From positions 1-64,000 of the IMG/VR virus record IMGVR_UViG_3300020438_004021: DNA of 64,000 nt, one strand, 5' to 3'. Position 1 is the stretch's first letter. Each line of letters opens with the position of its first letter. The notes under the pieces were generated by a model that was not told where the DNA came from, ran no database searches, and saw nothing but the letters and a program-made list of their open reading frames with translations. The stretch is from a virus. Of this stretch, positions 9,546-19,933 are shown in pieces. Position numbers and translations under genes: made by a program.

Positions 9546-10247
9546 ATGGAGAACAACATGACTACCGCTACTAAAGTGAGTATTTCTAGCAATACTCTGG
9601 ATTTGTTGAAGAATTTCGCTTCAATCAATTCAAACATCCTGATTAAACCAGGCAAGAAAATCAAGACAATTTCCAACTACAAGAACGTACTAGCCGAGGC
9701 TGAAGTGGAGGAGGTATTCGACACACCTTTTGGCATTTGGGATTTGCATAAGCTCCTAGGTACTATCTCTCTTTTCGAGAATCCCACGTTCGAGTTCCAT
9801 GAGAAGCATATGGTAATTGAAGCAGAGAATGGTGCTACCGTCACCTACTTCTATTCTGAACCCAAGCTCCTGACTACTATGGACAAAGAATTGAATATGC
9901 CTCCTCATGTGGTAGAATGCTACATCAAGTCGGATGATTTCAAAGAGGTGCAGAGAGCAGCCTCAGTATTGCAATTACCTGACTTGAAGATTTCTTCTAA
10001 TGGGGATAAGATTGAGCTGATAATTCACGACAGGAAAGACCCTTCCAGCAATAGTTATTCCTTCGAGGTCGGTGAAAACACAGGTAATGCTGATTTTGAT
10101 TTTCTATTCAAGGTAGAGAATATGAAGATGCTGCCCGGCGACTACACGGTCCGCATTTGTGAGAATAGTGTTGCCAAGTTCTCCAGTGATGATATTAATC
10201 TTACATACTGGGTAGCGATGGAACCAGACTCAAAATATAGTGGGTGA
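9546..10247 (+). CDS. 45: sliding clamp gp45
   Basis: LLKNFASIN.NI, FGIWDL, FK.ENMKMLPGDY and YWVAME motifs. Confidence 0.93.
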   Translation: MENNMTTATKVSISSNTLDLLKNFASINSNILIKPGKKIKTISNYKNVLAEAEVEEVFDTPFGIWDLHKLLGTISLFENPTFEFHEKHMVIEAENGATVTYFYSEPKLLTTMDKELNMPPHVVECYIKSDDFKEVQRAASVLQLPDLKISSNGDKIELIIHDRKDPSSNSYSFEVGENTGNADFDFLFKVENMKMLPGDYTVRICENSVAKFSSDDINLTYWVAMEPDSKYSG

Positions 10248-10252
10248 TTGAA

Positions 10253-10657
10253 ATGAGCATACCAAACAAAATATATATTGCAGGTCCAATGAGGGGGTAT
10301 CCTGATTGGAACTACAAGGCATTTAATGATACTGAAGGCAGACTGAAGGACAACGGTTGGGACGTTATTAATCCTGCTACTCTTGACTCCAATTACCAAG
10401 AGACTGCGGACTTAGACGCAACACCAGAATCCTTTGACCCAGATGGGAACGAGGACCATAGGTCTGCTAACAGAAAGATTATGAAAAGAGATGTGGATGC
10501 AATCTGTGATGAGTGCTCTGCGATTTACATGCTACGTGGGTGGCAAATGTCGCAGGGTGCTTGTGCAGAATTTTATCTTGCATGCTCTATCGGACTAGAC
10601 ATTTATTATGAAGGACCAAACAATGACCACGTTTGCGATGGACGCAGAAATTTCTGA
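10253..10657 (+). CDS. DUF4406 / nucleoside 2-deoxyribosyltransferase-like protein
   Basis: KIYIAGPM.G...N..AF, VINPA and IYMLRGW..S.GA.AE motifs. Confidence 0.75.
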   Translation: MSIPNKIYIAGPMRGYPDWNYKAFNDTEGRLKDNGWDVINPATLDSNYQETADLDATPESFDPDGNEDHRSANRKIMKRDVDAICDECSAIYMLRGWQMSQGACAEFYLACSIGLDIYYEGPNNDHVCDGRRNF

Positions 10658-10661
10658 AACA

Positions 10662-11606
10662 ATGAGTAACAACGACCAATATCTATGGGTAGAAAAATAT
10701 AGACCATCTAAGATTGGAGAGTGTATTCTCCCCGAAGGTCTCAAGAAGACTTTTAACCAGATGGTAGAGTCTGGTGAATCTCAGAATCTTCTACTGTCAG
10801 GCAGTGCCGGTTGTGGTAAGACAACGATCGCTAAGGCATTATGTAATGAACTTGGTAGCAACTGGTTGATGATTAACTGCTCAGAAGACGGTAATATTGA
10901 TACCTTGAGGACCACCATCAGGAATTTTGCCAGCACGGTGTCTTTCGATGGTGCTAAAAAGGTAGTGATTCTCGACGAATTCGACTATGCTAATGCACAG
11001 AGCACTCAACCAGCATTGAGAGGTTTCATTGAAGAATTCGCTGAGAACTGCAGATTCATACTTACCTGCAATTTCAAGAACAGAATCATCGAACCGATTC
11101 ATTCTAGATGCACATGCATCAACTTCTCCTTCACCAAGAAGGACACAGCATACATGTGTGCTCAGTTTATGGGTAGAGTGGAGAGTATTCTTAGCTCAGA
11201 GTCTGTGCCTTTTGAGAAAGAGGTGATTGCCAAACTGATTATGAGGCATGCCCCAGACTTCCGGAGGGTAATTAATGAATTGCAGAGGTACTCCATTGCT
11301 GGGACAATTGATGTAGGAATCTTGGCAGAGGTGGCAAACATCAAGGTGAAAGACTTGATGACCCACATGAAGGGCAAAGATTTTCAGAATGTGAGAAAGT
11401 GGGTGGTTGATAACTTGGATAATGACCAGACTCAAATCTTTAGGAAGATTTATGATAGCATGTCTGACCATATCGAACCACAGAACGTACCTTCTGCGAT
11501 ATTGATTATTGCAGAGTACCAATACAAATCGGCATTCTGCTCGGACCAAGAGATTAACATGACGGCATGCCTAGTCGAACTTATGATGGAGTGTGAATTC
11601 AAATGA
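10662..11606 (+). CDS. 44: clamp loader large subunit gp44
   Basis: LWVEKYRP, GSAGCGKTT, ILDEFD and SRC motifs; start uncertain. Confidence 0.95.
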   Translation: MSNNDQYLWVEKYRPSKIGECILPEGLKKTFNQMVESGESQNLLLSGSAGCGKTTIAKALCNELGSNWLMINCSEDGNIDTLRTTIRNFASTVSFDGAKKVVILDEFDYANAQSTQPALRGFIEEFAENCRFILTCNFKNRIIEPIHSRCTCINFSFTKKDTAYMCAQFMGRVESILSSESVPFEKEVIAKLIMRHAPDFRRVINELQRYSIAGTIDVGILAEVANIKVKDLMTHMKGKDFQNVRKWVVDNLDNDQTQIFRKIYDSMSDHIEPQNVPSAILIIAEYQYKSAFCSDQEINMTACLVELMMECEFK

Positions 11607-11914
11607 GTAAAAGAATGTACCCCCTAGGGGATTCGGTCGGTGTCAGAATGGATTCTAAGCCTGAGAGCAATTCCAATGGTATCATCTACACCCAGAAAGA
11701 GCATCGTTTTTATAGAACAGCCTTAGTAGTCTCAGTTGGACCTGGTACTCCTAATGAAAGAGGGGTGGTTCCATCAGTGGAATTTAAAGAAGGTGATAGA
11801 GTTATCTTTGATGCCCGTGAGGTGAAGGGTGGTTTTGGCGAGTTCAGTGGTGTTGCCATAATCAATAGACAGTGTATAATAGCCGTAATCGGCAAGGACG
11901 TGGACATATCATGA
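11603..11914 (+). CDS. GroES-like co-chaperonin
   Basis: PLGDSV, VVSVGPG, KEGDRVIF and IIAVI pattern. Confidence 0.75.
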   Translation: MSKRMYPLGDSVGVRMDSKPESNSNGIIYTQKEHRFYRTALVVSVGPGTPNERGVVPSVEFKEGDRVIFDAREVKGGFGEFSGVAIINRQCIIAVIGKDVDIS

Positions 11915-12300
11915 AGTTGGGAGACTATCTGAAATCTATTAATCACTCCAAGAAGTCGATGAGAGAGCTGGGAGATGATTTCCAGTCGGTTAAGAAGGGA
12001 TATGCTCCTTTCGTGATCAACAGATGCTTATCTTTCTTTCCAGATACCTTGATGCAGGCTAACAATATGAATGTCAACCACCATCTAGACAAAGAGATGC
12101 AGTATGAATATCTTAGGCATGCTGTGAGGAAGAGGAACAGGTTCAGTCCATGGTTGAAGAAGAACAAGCCCGAGAACCTTGATGCCATCAAAGAGTATTT
12201 CGGATACTCAGATCAGAAGGCAGTGGAGGCATTGCAGGTCTTGAAGGAGTCTGACGTTGAGAAGATTATTAAAGAGCTGTCTAAGGGAGGGCGTGCATAG
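11911..12300 (+). CDS. 62: clamp loader small subunit gp62
   Basis: DYLKSIN, Y.PF.INR.LS, RKRNRFSPW and IKEYFGYS motifs. Confidence 0.9.
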   Translation: MKLGDYLKSINHSKKSMRELGDDFQSVKKGYAPFVINRCLSFFPDTLMQANNMNVNHHLDKEMQYEYLRHAVRKRNRFSPWLKKNKPENLDAIKEYFGYSDQKAVEALQVLKESDVEKIIKELSKGGRA

Positions 12301-12353
12301 GGTCTCCAATATATTCTCTCTTATACATAATACAGAATCATTATGGTTTTATA

Positions 12354-12773
12354 ATGGAGAGAATCGAAATGGAAGGCAGATTAACAGCTGAAGATTTAGT
12401 AGAGGTCACTCTTGCGAAAGATGAAGACTTCCTAAAGGTAAAAGAGACCCTTACAAGAATTGGTGTGTCCTCTAGAAAAGAGAAGAGGCTATATCAGTCT
12501 TGCCATATTCTACATAAGAGGGGCAAGTACTACATAGTACATTTTAAAGAACTTTTCGGTCTAGATGGTTTACCGAGCAATCTGTCTGAAAATGATTTAG
12601 GAAGAAGGAATGCAGTCATAAGCCTCTTAGAGGAATGGGGTCTTTTGACAATAGTTGAACCCGAAGACTGCGAAGAACCTATGGCATCTATAGGTCAAAT
12701 AAAGATAATATCTCACAAGGAAAAAGGTGATTGGGAACTAGTCCCTAAATACCATATAGGTAGAAAAAGATAA
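12354..12773 (+). CDS. regA: translational repressor RegA
   Basis: DFLKVKETLTRIG, LYQSCHILHKRGKYYIVHFKELF. Confidence 0.96.
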   Translation: MERIEMEGRLTAEDLVEVTLAKDEDFLKVKETLTRIGVSSRKEKRLYQSCHILHKRGKYYIVHFKELFGLDGLPSNLSENDLGRRNAVISLLEEWGLLTIVEPEDCEEPMASIGQIKIISHKEKGDWELVPKYHIGRKR

Positions 12774-12791
12774 AATCAAGGATTTTTTATT

Positions 12792-13472
12792 ATGAAAATT
12801 GATTTACGTGATGTGAAGTGCTGTTGGATTAACCTAGATAAAGATGAAGACAATGCTAAGAAGATGGTCGAGCAGTTCGAAGAGATTGGTATTGAAGACC
12901 ACCATAGACTGTCAGCGAGGGTGATTAACCCTCCTGAGGATACACCAAAATCAATCTATCACTATAGAGGCTGTGCACAGTCCCACATAGACATTTTGGA
13001 TAACGAAGAGAATGGCATGCCTCTCCTCATTCTAGAGGATGATGCTATGATTACAGAGGATTTTGACCCTGTAATAGAAGTACCCGACAATACTGATGCT
13101 GTCTACCTAGGTATCTCTCATGGAGATAACAACTATTTTGCAGTGGACGTTGGTGGTGGGTTTGCCAGAATCGGAAAAGTCTTTGCTACCCACGCAATCT
13201 TATACATCACAGATTCTTATAGGAAGGCAATATCAGCAGTTGCAAAAGAATTCGTGTATGAGAGGAATACACCATTTGATTTGGGTTGTGCTCTGCTACA
13301 GACTCAGAATTTTGTTGTCACACCACACAAGCCTTATTTTTATCAGGCTGATGAGAGGGATAGTGCTAATAAATGGGAATATCTAACAAAGACTCCTCTC
13401 AGAATATTTAATGATGGACCTACGGATATGAAGACTGGTGCACCACCTGATCCTCTGGGTGAGTATGCATGA
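12792..13472 (+). CDS. glycosyltransferase, GT25-like
   Basis: INLD, GCAQSH and LILEDD motifs. Confidence 0.7.
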   Translation: MKIDLRDVKCCWINLDKDEDNAKKMVEQFEEIGIEDHHRLSARVINPPEDTPKSIYHYRGCAQSHIDILDNEENGMPLLILEDDAMITEDFDPVIEVPDNTDAVYLGISHGDNNYFAVDVGGGFARIGKVFATHAILYITDSYRKAISAVAKEFVYERNTPFDLGCALLQTQNFVVTPHKPYFYQADERDSANKWEYLTKTPLRIFNDGPTDMKTGAPPDPLGEYA

Positions 13473-14740
13473 AATCAATAGACCTACTGAGATTCAATAG
13501 ATTCGATGTAGCCGCTAAGCATCTATATCTAAAGAATTTAGATTCTGGATACCAGACTGATTTCGGCAGACACATATATTCAAGTCATATAGGAATCTGG
13601 AACAACTTTAAGGAATATGATAATCCCAATAAGAATAACGAGCAGTCTTTCATCGACTGCTTCGGGGATATCCATGATTCCATAAGCAAGGTTGGTTACA
13701 AAGAAGACCTCCCACCAGTCCCGATAACTGAAGAAGGTTTTCTGCTTAACGGTGCACATAGACTTGCTAGCTGCATAAAAAATGGTTGCGATATTCGAAC
13801 TGAGGTCACAAATGACCCCAAAGCCGGTCAAATCGATTGCACCTCTTATTTTTTCCTACAAAAGGGACTCGATTATAGAGTATGCGATTCAATCGCCATA
13901 GAATATGCTAAGCTGAAAGAAAATACTTTCATAGTCACCGTATTCCCAGTCGCTACCAAGAACGGTAATATGCTTGAAATCAGGGATATTCTGGTAGGGA
14001 ACGGGTGCAAGATAATTCATGAAAAAGGTGTGGTATTGGAAGGTCATGGACCCATAAACCTCATGAGGCAACTATACTCAGGAGAGGCTTGGGGTGGCAA
14101 TATGCAAAATGCTTTCTCCGGTTATTGCTTGAAAGCAAAATATTGTTATGAAGGTTCTTCAGAGAATCCGACATATGCCTTCTTGGTAGAGTGTGAAGAG
14201 GGTGGTCAAGAGCATATGCTCAAAGTGAAAGACAAGATTAGAGAAGTATACAATCTAGGCAAACATTCGGTTCATATAAATGACACCCATGAGGAGACCG
14301 TTAACCTAGCCAGGGTGTTCTTCAACGATAATAGCCTTCATTTTTTGAATAAGGCTAGCATACAACCATTCCAGAAATACGATTATTTATTCACACAATT
14401 GAAAGAGTGGATAAAATCTAATAAATATAACAGTGATGACATATGTATTACTGCTAGTTCAGTGATGTCAGCATATGGTATGAGGGAAGGACAAGATCTG
14501 GATTATCTCTACGGTGGTGAGGTTGAACCTTTGAATGGTCATGGTCTGATTAACGAGCATAACAAAGAAATTGAGAAATATACTGTTGGCAAAGACGAGA
14601 TAATGTATGATGATAGAAATCATTTCTATTTTGACGGGGTGAAGTTTGCCAGCCTTAAGATGATACATGAACTTAAAGAAAAGAGGTCTGAACCCAAAGA
14701 CCTCGCTGATATTGAAATAATGAAAGGTGTTTTAATATGA
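13469..14740 (+). CDS. hypothetical glycan-island protein (ParB-like N-terminus, nucleotidyltransferase-like C-terminus)
   Basis: LLNGAHRLAS; SSVMSAYGMRE..DLDYL. Confidence 0.55.
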   Translation: MKSIDLLRFNRFDVAAKHLYLKNLDSGYQTDFGRHIYSSHIGIWNNFKEYDNPNKNNEQSFIDCFGDIHDSISKVGYKEDLPPVPITEEGFLLNGAHRLASCIKNGCDIRTEVTNDPKAGQIDCTSYFFLQKGLDYRVCDSIAIEYAKLKENTFIVTVFPVATKNGNMLEIRDILVGNGCKIIHEKGVVLEGHGPINLMRQLYSGEAWGGNMQNAFSGYCLKAKYCYEGSSENPTYAFLVECEEGGQEHMLKVKDKIREVYNLGKHSVHINDTHEETVNLARVFFNDNSLHFLNKASIQPFQKYDYLFTQLKEWIKSNKYNSDDICITASSVMSAYGMREGQDLDYLYGGEVEPLNGHGLINEHNKEIEKYTVGKDEIMYDDRNHFYFDGVKFASLKMIHELKEKRSEPKDLADIEIMKGVLI

Positions 14741-15609
14741 AAATAGCATTATGCTTACACGGTTTGGCATCTGGGAAAAATGATAGAGGTGTTCCCGTGT
14801 CGATAGAGAATTCGATGTCCTCCATTAAGGGGAATCTGATGTCGGACTATGATGTTGACGTGTTCTATCACACCTGGTCGAAAGATTCCGAAGAGTATTT
14901 GAACGAGTCTTATTCACCGAAGGGGTATGAAATAGAGGAGCAGATTAATTTTGATCACCCATTTAAACCAGACGGTGAAAAAAGTGCTGATTTCTCCTTT
15001 ACCCCCGAAGTTCAAGTCAAAATGCAGAGCACTTATAGCAGGTGGTATTCTCTGGCAAAAAGCATCAAACTTAAAAAGGACTATGAGAAAGAGAACGACA
15101 TGAAGTATGACTTCGTGTTCTCTACTAGATTTGATATTGCTTTCTATGAGAAATTTATAAACTTCGAGAGTCTAGACCCTAATAACTTCTATGTATCCAA
15201 CTGGTGGCAGAACCGATACAAGTTCGGTTATAATGACCCGTGGTTCTTCTCTGGTTCTGATAATATGGATACAATCGCCGGTCTTTATGGCAAGATGGAT
15301 GAATACCTTTCTTCAGGCAGTGAATACGAAAGATATATGATGTCTCTAAATGAGATTGGTCCCATGGAACCCCCTTCTCATGACAAGAGGCTATCCAACC
15401 ATGGTCTCCTCAGGCATCATGTGAAAAGCAATGGAATTACATCCATGTTCTTGGGATTAGAGTATAACACCTGGTCGCTAGTTAGAAAAATACCATCGGG
15501 CAGAAATAACCCACATTACAAGAATGGGTTCCCCCTGCCACTGAACGAACCGATTGAGGAATCACGTGGAAGTAAGAACTTGACTGGTCCAGTTGGGGCA
15601 GGATGGTGA
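14737..15609 (+). CDS. putative glycosyltransferase-like protein
   Basis: MKIALCLHG, DVFYHTW and YDFV..TRFD pattern typical of phage glycan islands. Confidence 0.55.
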   Translation: MKIALCLHGLASGKNDRGVPVSIENSMSSIKGNLMSDYDVDVFYHTWSKDSEEYLNESYSPKGYEIEEQINFDHPFKPDGEKSADFSFTPEVQVKMQSTYSRWYSLAKSIKLKKDYEKENDMKYDFVFSTRFDIAFYEKFINFESLDPNNFYVSNWWQNRYKFGYNDPWFFSGSDNMDTIAGLYGKMDEYLSSGSEYERYMMSLNEIGPMEPPSHDKRLSNHGLLRHHVKSNGITSMFLGLEYNTWSLVRKIPSGRNNPHYKNGFPLPLNEPIEESRGSKNLTGPVGAGW

Positions 15610-16388
15610 GAATAGTAATACCTACATGTGACCCACACCTATTTGTGCTCAAGGGGTTCTCTTACTTCTTCAACAAATACTGGGGAGACGACTTTAAGGT
15701 AACCATCTTGGGTTTTAGTGAACCAGACTTCGAATTGCCTGAGAATTTCGAATTTGTGTCTATGGCAAAAGAGCAGGTGGGCAAGGCTAAGGGTTGGTCA
15801 AATTACGTTCTAGAGTATATTAACTCGATAGAAGATGAGCACTTCATCTTCGGGATAGATGATTTTTGCCTAGCAAGACCTTTCGATAGAGAACTATTTG
15901 ACATCCTCAAGGGAGAACTGGGTGAAAAAGTGGGGAGGATAGACCTACAACCATCTTTACAATATGCTAGAGACCCCAGAGATGTGACTACTTATAAAGA
16001 ATTTGATGGATTTGAAATGATTGAGTTAGCACAAAGATCCACTCGTGAATTCATATATAGGATAACAGGTCAGTTCTCAATTTGGAATAGGGAATATTTC
16101 CTCAAGAATCTACAACCAGACTGGACCCCTCATGACTGGGAACTAATTGGGGGTAGATTAGCCGAAGGTGACGGTTATAAAATATTGGGTACTAGAGGAA
16201 GACACTGCGTAAAGAAGGTAGAGCTAGTTAGTGAAAAGCAGTACCCCAATAAGATTAACGTCAAAGGTATGAGACAAGAAGATATAGATAAGGTAAAAGA
16301 GATTTACTCAGATAGACCTGAGGAAATAGGGGAATTTAAAGAAGAATGGCCCTTTGATAATTGGATTGATATTGTTTATGGAGATTAA
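15603..16388 (+). CDS. putative glycosyltransferase-like protein
   Basis: GT-A-like IDDF motif, SIWNREY; island context. Confidence 0.5.
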   Translation: MVRIVIPTCDPHLFVLKGFSYFFNKYWGDDFKVTILGFSEPDFELPENFEFVSMAKEQVGKAKGWSNYVLEYINSIEDEHFIFGIDDFCLARPFDRELFDILKGELGEKVGRIDLQPSLQYARDPRDVTTYKEFDGFEMIELAQRSTREFIYRITGQFSIWNREYFLKNLQPDWTPHDWELIGGRLAEGDGYKILGTRGRHCVKKVELVSEKQYPNKINVKGMRQEDIDKVKEIYSDRPEEIGEFKEEWPFDNWIDIVYGD

Positions 16389-16389
16389 T

Positions 16390-17253
16390 ATGAACGTTTT
16401 GAACCCTGACAGAAGATATTTAATAACTGGGGCTGCTGGTTTCCTTGGGGAGGCACTGCTGGACAGACTAGAAAGTCTAGGTTGTACCAATGTAGTGACC
16501 GTCTCTAGAAACGAAGGCAATCTAATTAAAATGAAGCAGAAGTATCCTTGGTTAGAGATTATACCAGGTGATATTTCGAATATACATTGCCTACACAAGG
16601 GGATGAAAGGTGTTGACGGTGTATTTCATCTAGCAGCATTTAAGCATGTGGGTATGGCAGAAACGCATTGTAGAGAATGTATTGCTAGCAACACGATTGG
16701 TTCGATGAATCTTCTAGACGAGACACTTGACTACGACTTAGACTTCGTTGTCGGTATTAGCACAGACAAGGCTGCTCAGGTAGTGGGAATTTATGGTGCT
16801 TCTAAACTCCTCATGGAAGGACTCTTTGACGAGTACAATAGAATCAAACCAGAGAACAACTATCGCATAGTCAGATACGGGAATGTGTTGTATTCCACGG
16901 GTTCCGTTCTGTGTAAGTGGAAGGAATTGCTGTCTGAGGGTAAAGAGGTAGTAGTAACAGATGCCAATGCTACAAGGTTCTTCTGGACCAGGGAGCAGGC
17001 AATAGACCTTATATTTTCTTGCCTTGAGAATGCTACCGACACTTCACCCTACTGTCCAGACATGAAATCAATGAAGATATCAGACCTACTAGAGGCGATG
17101 TCTAATAAGTACCTACCAGAAGGTGGTGAGCTTAAGGTCAAGACTATTGGTCTGCAAAAGGGAGAGAATCTCCATGAGAAGATTCTTGAAGAAGGACCAT
17201 ATTCAAATGAGGTAGAGCTTTACTCTGTATCCGAAATTGAAGAAATGGTTTGA
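16390..17253 (+). CDS. NDP-sugar 4,6-dehydratase (PseB/CapD-like)
   Basis: TGAAGFLG, HLAAFKHV, STDKA, YGASK, RYGNV and TRFF motifs. Confidence 0.85.
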   Translation: MNVLNPDRRYLITGAAGFLGEALLDRLESLGCTNVVTVSRNEGNLIKMKQKYPWLEIIPGDISNIHCLHKGMKGVDGVFHLAAFKHVGMAETHCRECIASNTIGSMNLLDETLDYDLDFVVGISTDKAAQVVGIYGASKLLMEGLFDEYNRIKPENNYRIVRYGNVLYSTGSVLCKWKELLSEGKEVVVTDANATRFFWTREQAIDLIFSCLENATDTSPYCPDMKSMKISDLLEAMSNKYLPEGGELKVKTIGLQKGENLHEKILEEGPYSNEVELYSVSEIEEMV

Positions 17254-17879
17254 TGCATAAAAACAAGATTAAAGCGATATTGTATGATTTGGATGGTGTC
17301 TTAATAGACGCCTGCGATTGGCATTATCATTCTTTAAATCGAGCATTAAAAGAAGTGGTGGGGTATGATATCAATAGGGAAGACCATGTGTCTACCTTCA
17401 ATGGTCTACCTACTAACACCAAATTAGATATGCTAGGTGTCATAGGAGAAAATGCTAGAGAGGTATGGAGGAAGAAGCAAGATTACACCATAGACGTAAT
17501 TGAAGAGATGGCGACTCCTATGGAGGAGAAGACAGAACTACACGAAGAGACCAAATCTATGGGGATAAAGTCCTGCTGTGTAACCAATTCAATCAATATG
17601 ACTGCTGAGTTGATGCTTAAGAAGACTGACCAACTGAAGTATATGGACTTTATAATAGCGAACGAGTCTGTTGAGAACAACAAACCACACCCAGATTGCT
17701 ATCTGCTCGCTATGTCTTCCCTACAGCTTAAACCAGAAGAATGTCTAATTGTAGAAGACTCTCCTAAGGGGTTAGAAGCAGCCTATGATACTGGTGCACA
17801 CGTCCTCGAAGTGGAGAATTCTTCAGAAGTCAATAAAGAGAGCATCATCAATGCTTTAATGGGAGTGGCAGTATCATGA
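17253..17879 (+). CDS. HAD-family phosphatase
   Basis: DLDGVL, KPHPD and VEDS..G motifs. Confidence 0.85.
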   Translation: MHKNKIKAILYDLDGVLIDACDWHYHSLNRALKEVVGYDINREDHVSTFNGLPTNTKLDMLGVIGENAREVWRKKQDYTIDVIEEMATPMEEKTELHEETKSMGIKSCCVTNSINMTAELMLKKTDQLKYMDFIIANESVENNKPHPDCYLLAMSSLQLKPEECLIVEDSPKGLEAAYDTGAHVLEVENSSEVNKESIINALMGVAVS

Positions 17880-18589
17880 ATATATTAATTCCAATGGCAG
17901 GTGAAGGTAGTAGATTCGCTAAAGAAGGATATACCTTCCCCAAGCCTCTAATCGATGTCAACGGGAAACCGATGATTCAAGCAGTCGTGGAAAATCTTGA
18001 CTTTAATGCGAACTATATCTTTTTGGTGAGAAAAGAGCATTTAAAGAAGTACGAAGGTCTGGAAGACACTCTATATAGAATCACCAATGGGAAATGTACC
18101 ATTGTAGAAGTAGATGGTCTTACTGAGGGGGCTGCATGCACGGCACTTCTTGCCAAGGATTACATTGATAATGATGATGACCTCCTGATTGCCAACTCAG
18201 ACCAAATCATCGAATACTCACCTGAGAATTTTAATCTAATGAGGGAGTTAATGCCCAATATAGATGCGATGGTTTATGCCTTTGAGGCAGTGCACCCGAA
18301 ATGGTCATTCGTAAAGACTAATTCAAGAGGCATCATTACCGAAGTGGCAGAGAAGAAACCAATATCAAACATCGCTACGTGCGGGATATATTGGTACAGA
18401 AAAGGTTCTGATTTTGTCAAGTGTGCCGAGGAGATGATAAACAAGAACGTGAGGGTGAATAACGAATTTTACATTGCTCCAGTCTACAATGAACTCATCG
18501 GTGACGGTGGAACATTGGTCCCCTTTTATGTCCACGAGATGTGGGGAATCGGAACACCAGAAGACTTAAGGTCTTATCTGGAGAGATAG
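17876..18589 (+). CDS. sugar-phosphate nucleotidyltransferase
   Basis: IPMAGEGSRF, PKPLIDV.GKPMI, EKKPIS and GTPEDL motifs. Confidence 0.85.
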   Translation: MNILIPMAGEGSRFAKEGYTFPKPLIDVNGKPMIQAVVENLDFNANYIFLVRKEHLKKYEGLEDTLYRITNGKCTIVEVDGLTEGAACTALLAKDYIDNDDDLLIANSDQIIEYSPENFNLMRELMPNIDAMVYAFEAVHPKWSFVKTNSRGIITEVAEKKPISNIATCGIYWYRKGSDFVKCAEEMINKNVRVNNEFYIAPVYNELIGDGGTLVPFYVHEMWGIGTPEDLRSYLER

Positions 18590-18590
18590 A

Positions 18591-19037
18591 ATGATTAAAA
18601 TAGCACACAGGGGAAATCTTTATGGCAAAAATCCATCCAGAGAAAATGACCCCATCTATATCATGGATGCCGTGGATATGGGATACCATGTAGAGGTAGA
18701 CATTAGGTCCTATAGGGGTAACTTGTACTTCGGGCATGATGAACCTACATATAGGGTGAGTTGGGAGATATTGACTCTTCCTGAGATAATCTGCCATGCC
18801 AAAGACTATGAAGCACTTCAAATGCTGAGGGCGGACCCAAGAATACATTGCTTTTGGCATCAGGACGATGACTACACAATCACCTCAGAAGGGTGGTTAT
18901 GGGTCTACCCGAAGAAGGACTTAATTCAAGACTCTGTTTGCGTCTTGCCTGAATTGGGTTTCTCTGGAGACATTTTAGACTGCAAGGCTGTTTGCAGTGA
19001 CCATGCTGGTGAATTATACAAATACTTACATGATTGA
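18591..19037 (+). CDS. glycerophosphodiester phosphodiesterase-like protein
   Basis: IAHRGN, EN, VEVD and GHD motifs. Confidence 0.7.
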   Translation: MIKIAHRGNLYGKNPSRENDPIYIMDAVDMGYHVEVDIRSYRGNLYFGHDEPTYRVSWEILTLPEIICHAKDYEALQMLRADPRIHCFWHQDDDYTITSEGWLWVYPKKDLIQDSVCVLPELGFSGDILDCKAVCSDHAGELYKYLHD

Positions 19038-19045
19038 GGTAGATA

Positions 19046-19930
19046 ATGACTAATAAGATATACTTCGCACCCAACTGGGGACTCTCTTCAGAGCAGATGC
19101 TTGACGATTATAGACACCAGACACCAGGTTGCTCCGGAATTTGGGAGGACGTGGAGGCAGTCACAGATGCTAATGAAGCAGATTATCTAATAATACAGGA
19201 CGAGTGCAACAAGGACTTATGGAGTAAGTTCGAACCGGAGAATAGGTTATACTTCTCTAGGGAAGCATTAACACCGGATTCAATCTACAAGTATCCTGAA
19301 GAAGAATGTGAGCATTTTTCATTTTGGGATGAGACAGGTATGCTTTGGACCAAATGGTGGTATCCAAATAAATTCAGCGGTGGCATCAATATGACCTATG
19401 ACGAGTTGGTAGCATTGGAACCGATTGGTGGTTCTAAGAAAATCAGCTGCATACTGTCAAATAAAGAAATGTGTACCGGTCATATCTGGAGAAAAAGATT
19501 TGTGTTTGATATAATGAGCAAGAAGAAGAACTTCATGGACCTATACGGTAGCACTATAGCTGCTAATTGTAATTTGGTGGAAGACGACAAAAGAAGTGGT
19601 CTATTCAACTACATGTACCATTTGGCATTCGACAACCAGAACACGATAAGAGATTTTTTCGGGACACAGTTCACGGATGCGATTCTGACTTGGACAGTAC
19701 CTATCTTTTGGGGGGGAGCACAATTAGATAAATACTTCCCAGAAGGGTCATATGAAACTGTAGATATAGAAGACCCCAAAGAAATCGACAGGATTATAGA
19801 AATAGTTGAGAGTGAAGACTATGAAAGTAGAGTACCAGCACTTAAAGAAGCGAGAGAATTGATATTAAATGAATATAACATGTGGCCCGTTATTAAAGAT
19901 GCTATTGATACTGTAAACGATGAGGAGTGA
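19046..19930 (+). CDS. glycosyltransferase, GT10 fucosyltransferase-like
   Basis: Y.YHLAFDN...F.DAIL..TVPIFWG resembles the GT10 motif. Confidence 0.65.
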   Translation: MTNKIYFAPNWGLSSEQMLDDYRHQTPGCSGIWEDVEAVTDANEADYLIIQDECNKDLWSKFEPENRLYFSREALTPDSIYKYPEEECEHFSFWDETGMLWTKWWYPNKFSGGINMTYDELVALEPIGGSKKISCILSNKEMCTGHIWRKRFVFDIMSKKKNFMDLYGSTIAANCNLVEDDKRSGLFNYMYHLAFDNQNTIRDFFGTQFTDAILTWTVPIFWGGAQLDKYFPEGSYETVDIEDPKEIDRIIEIVESEDYESRVPALKEARELILNEYNMWPVIKDAIDTVNDEE

Positions 19931-19933
19931 AAA

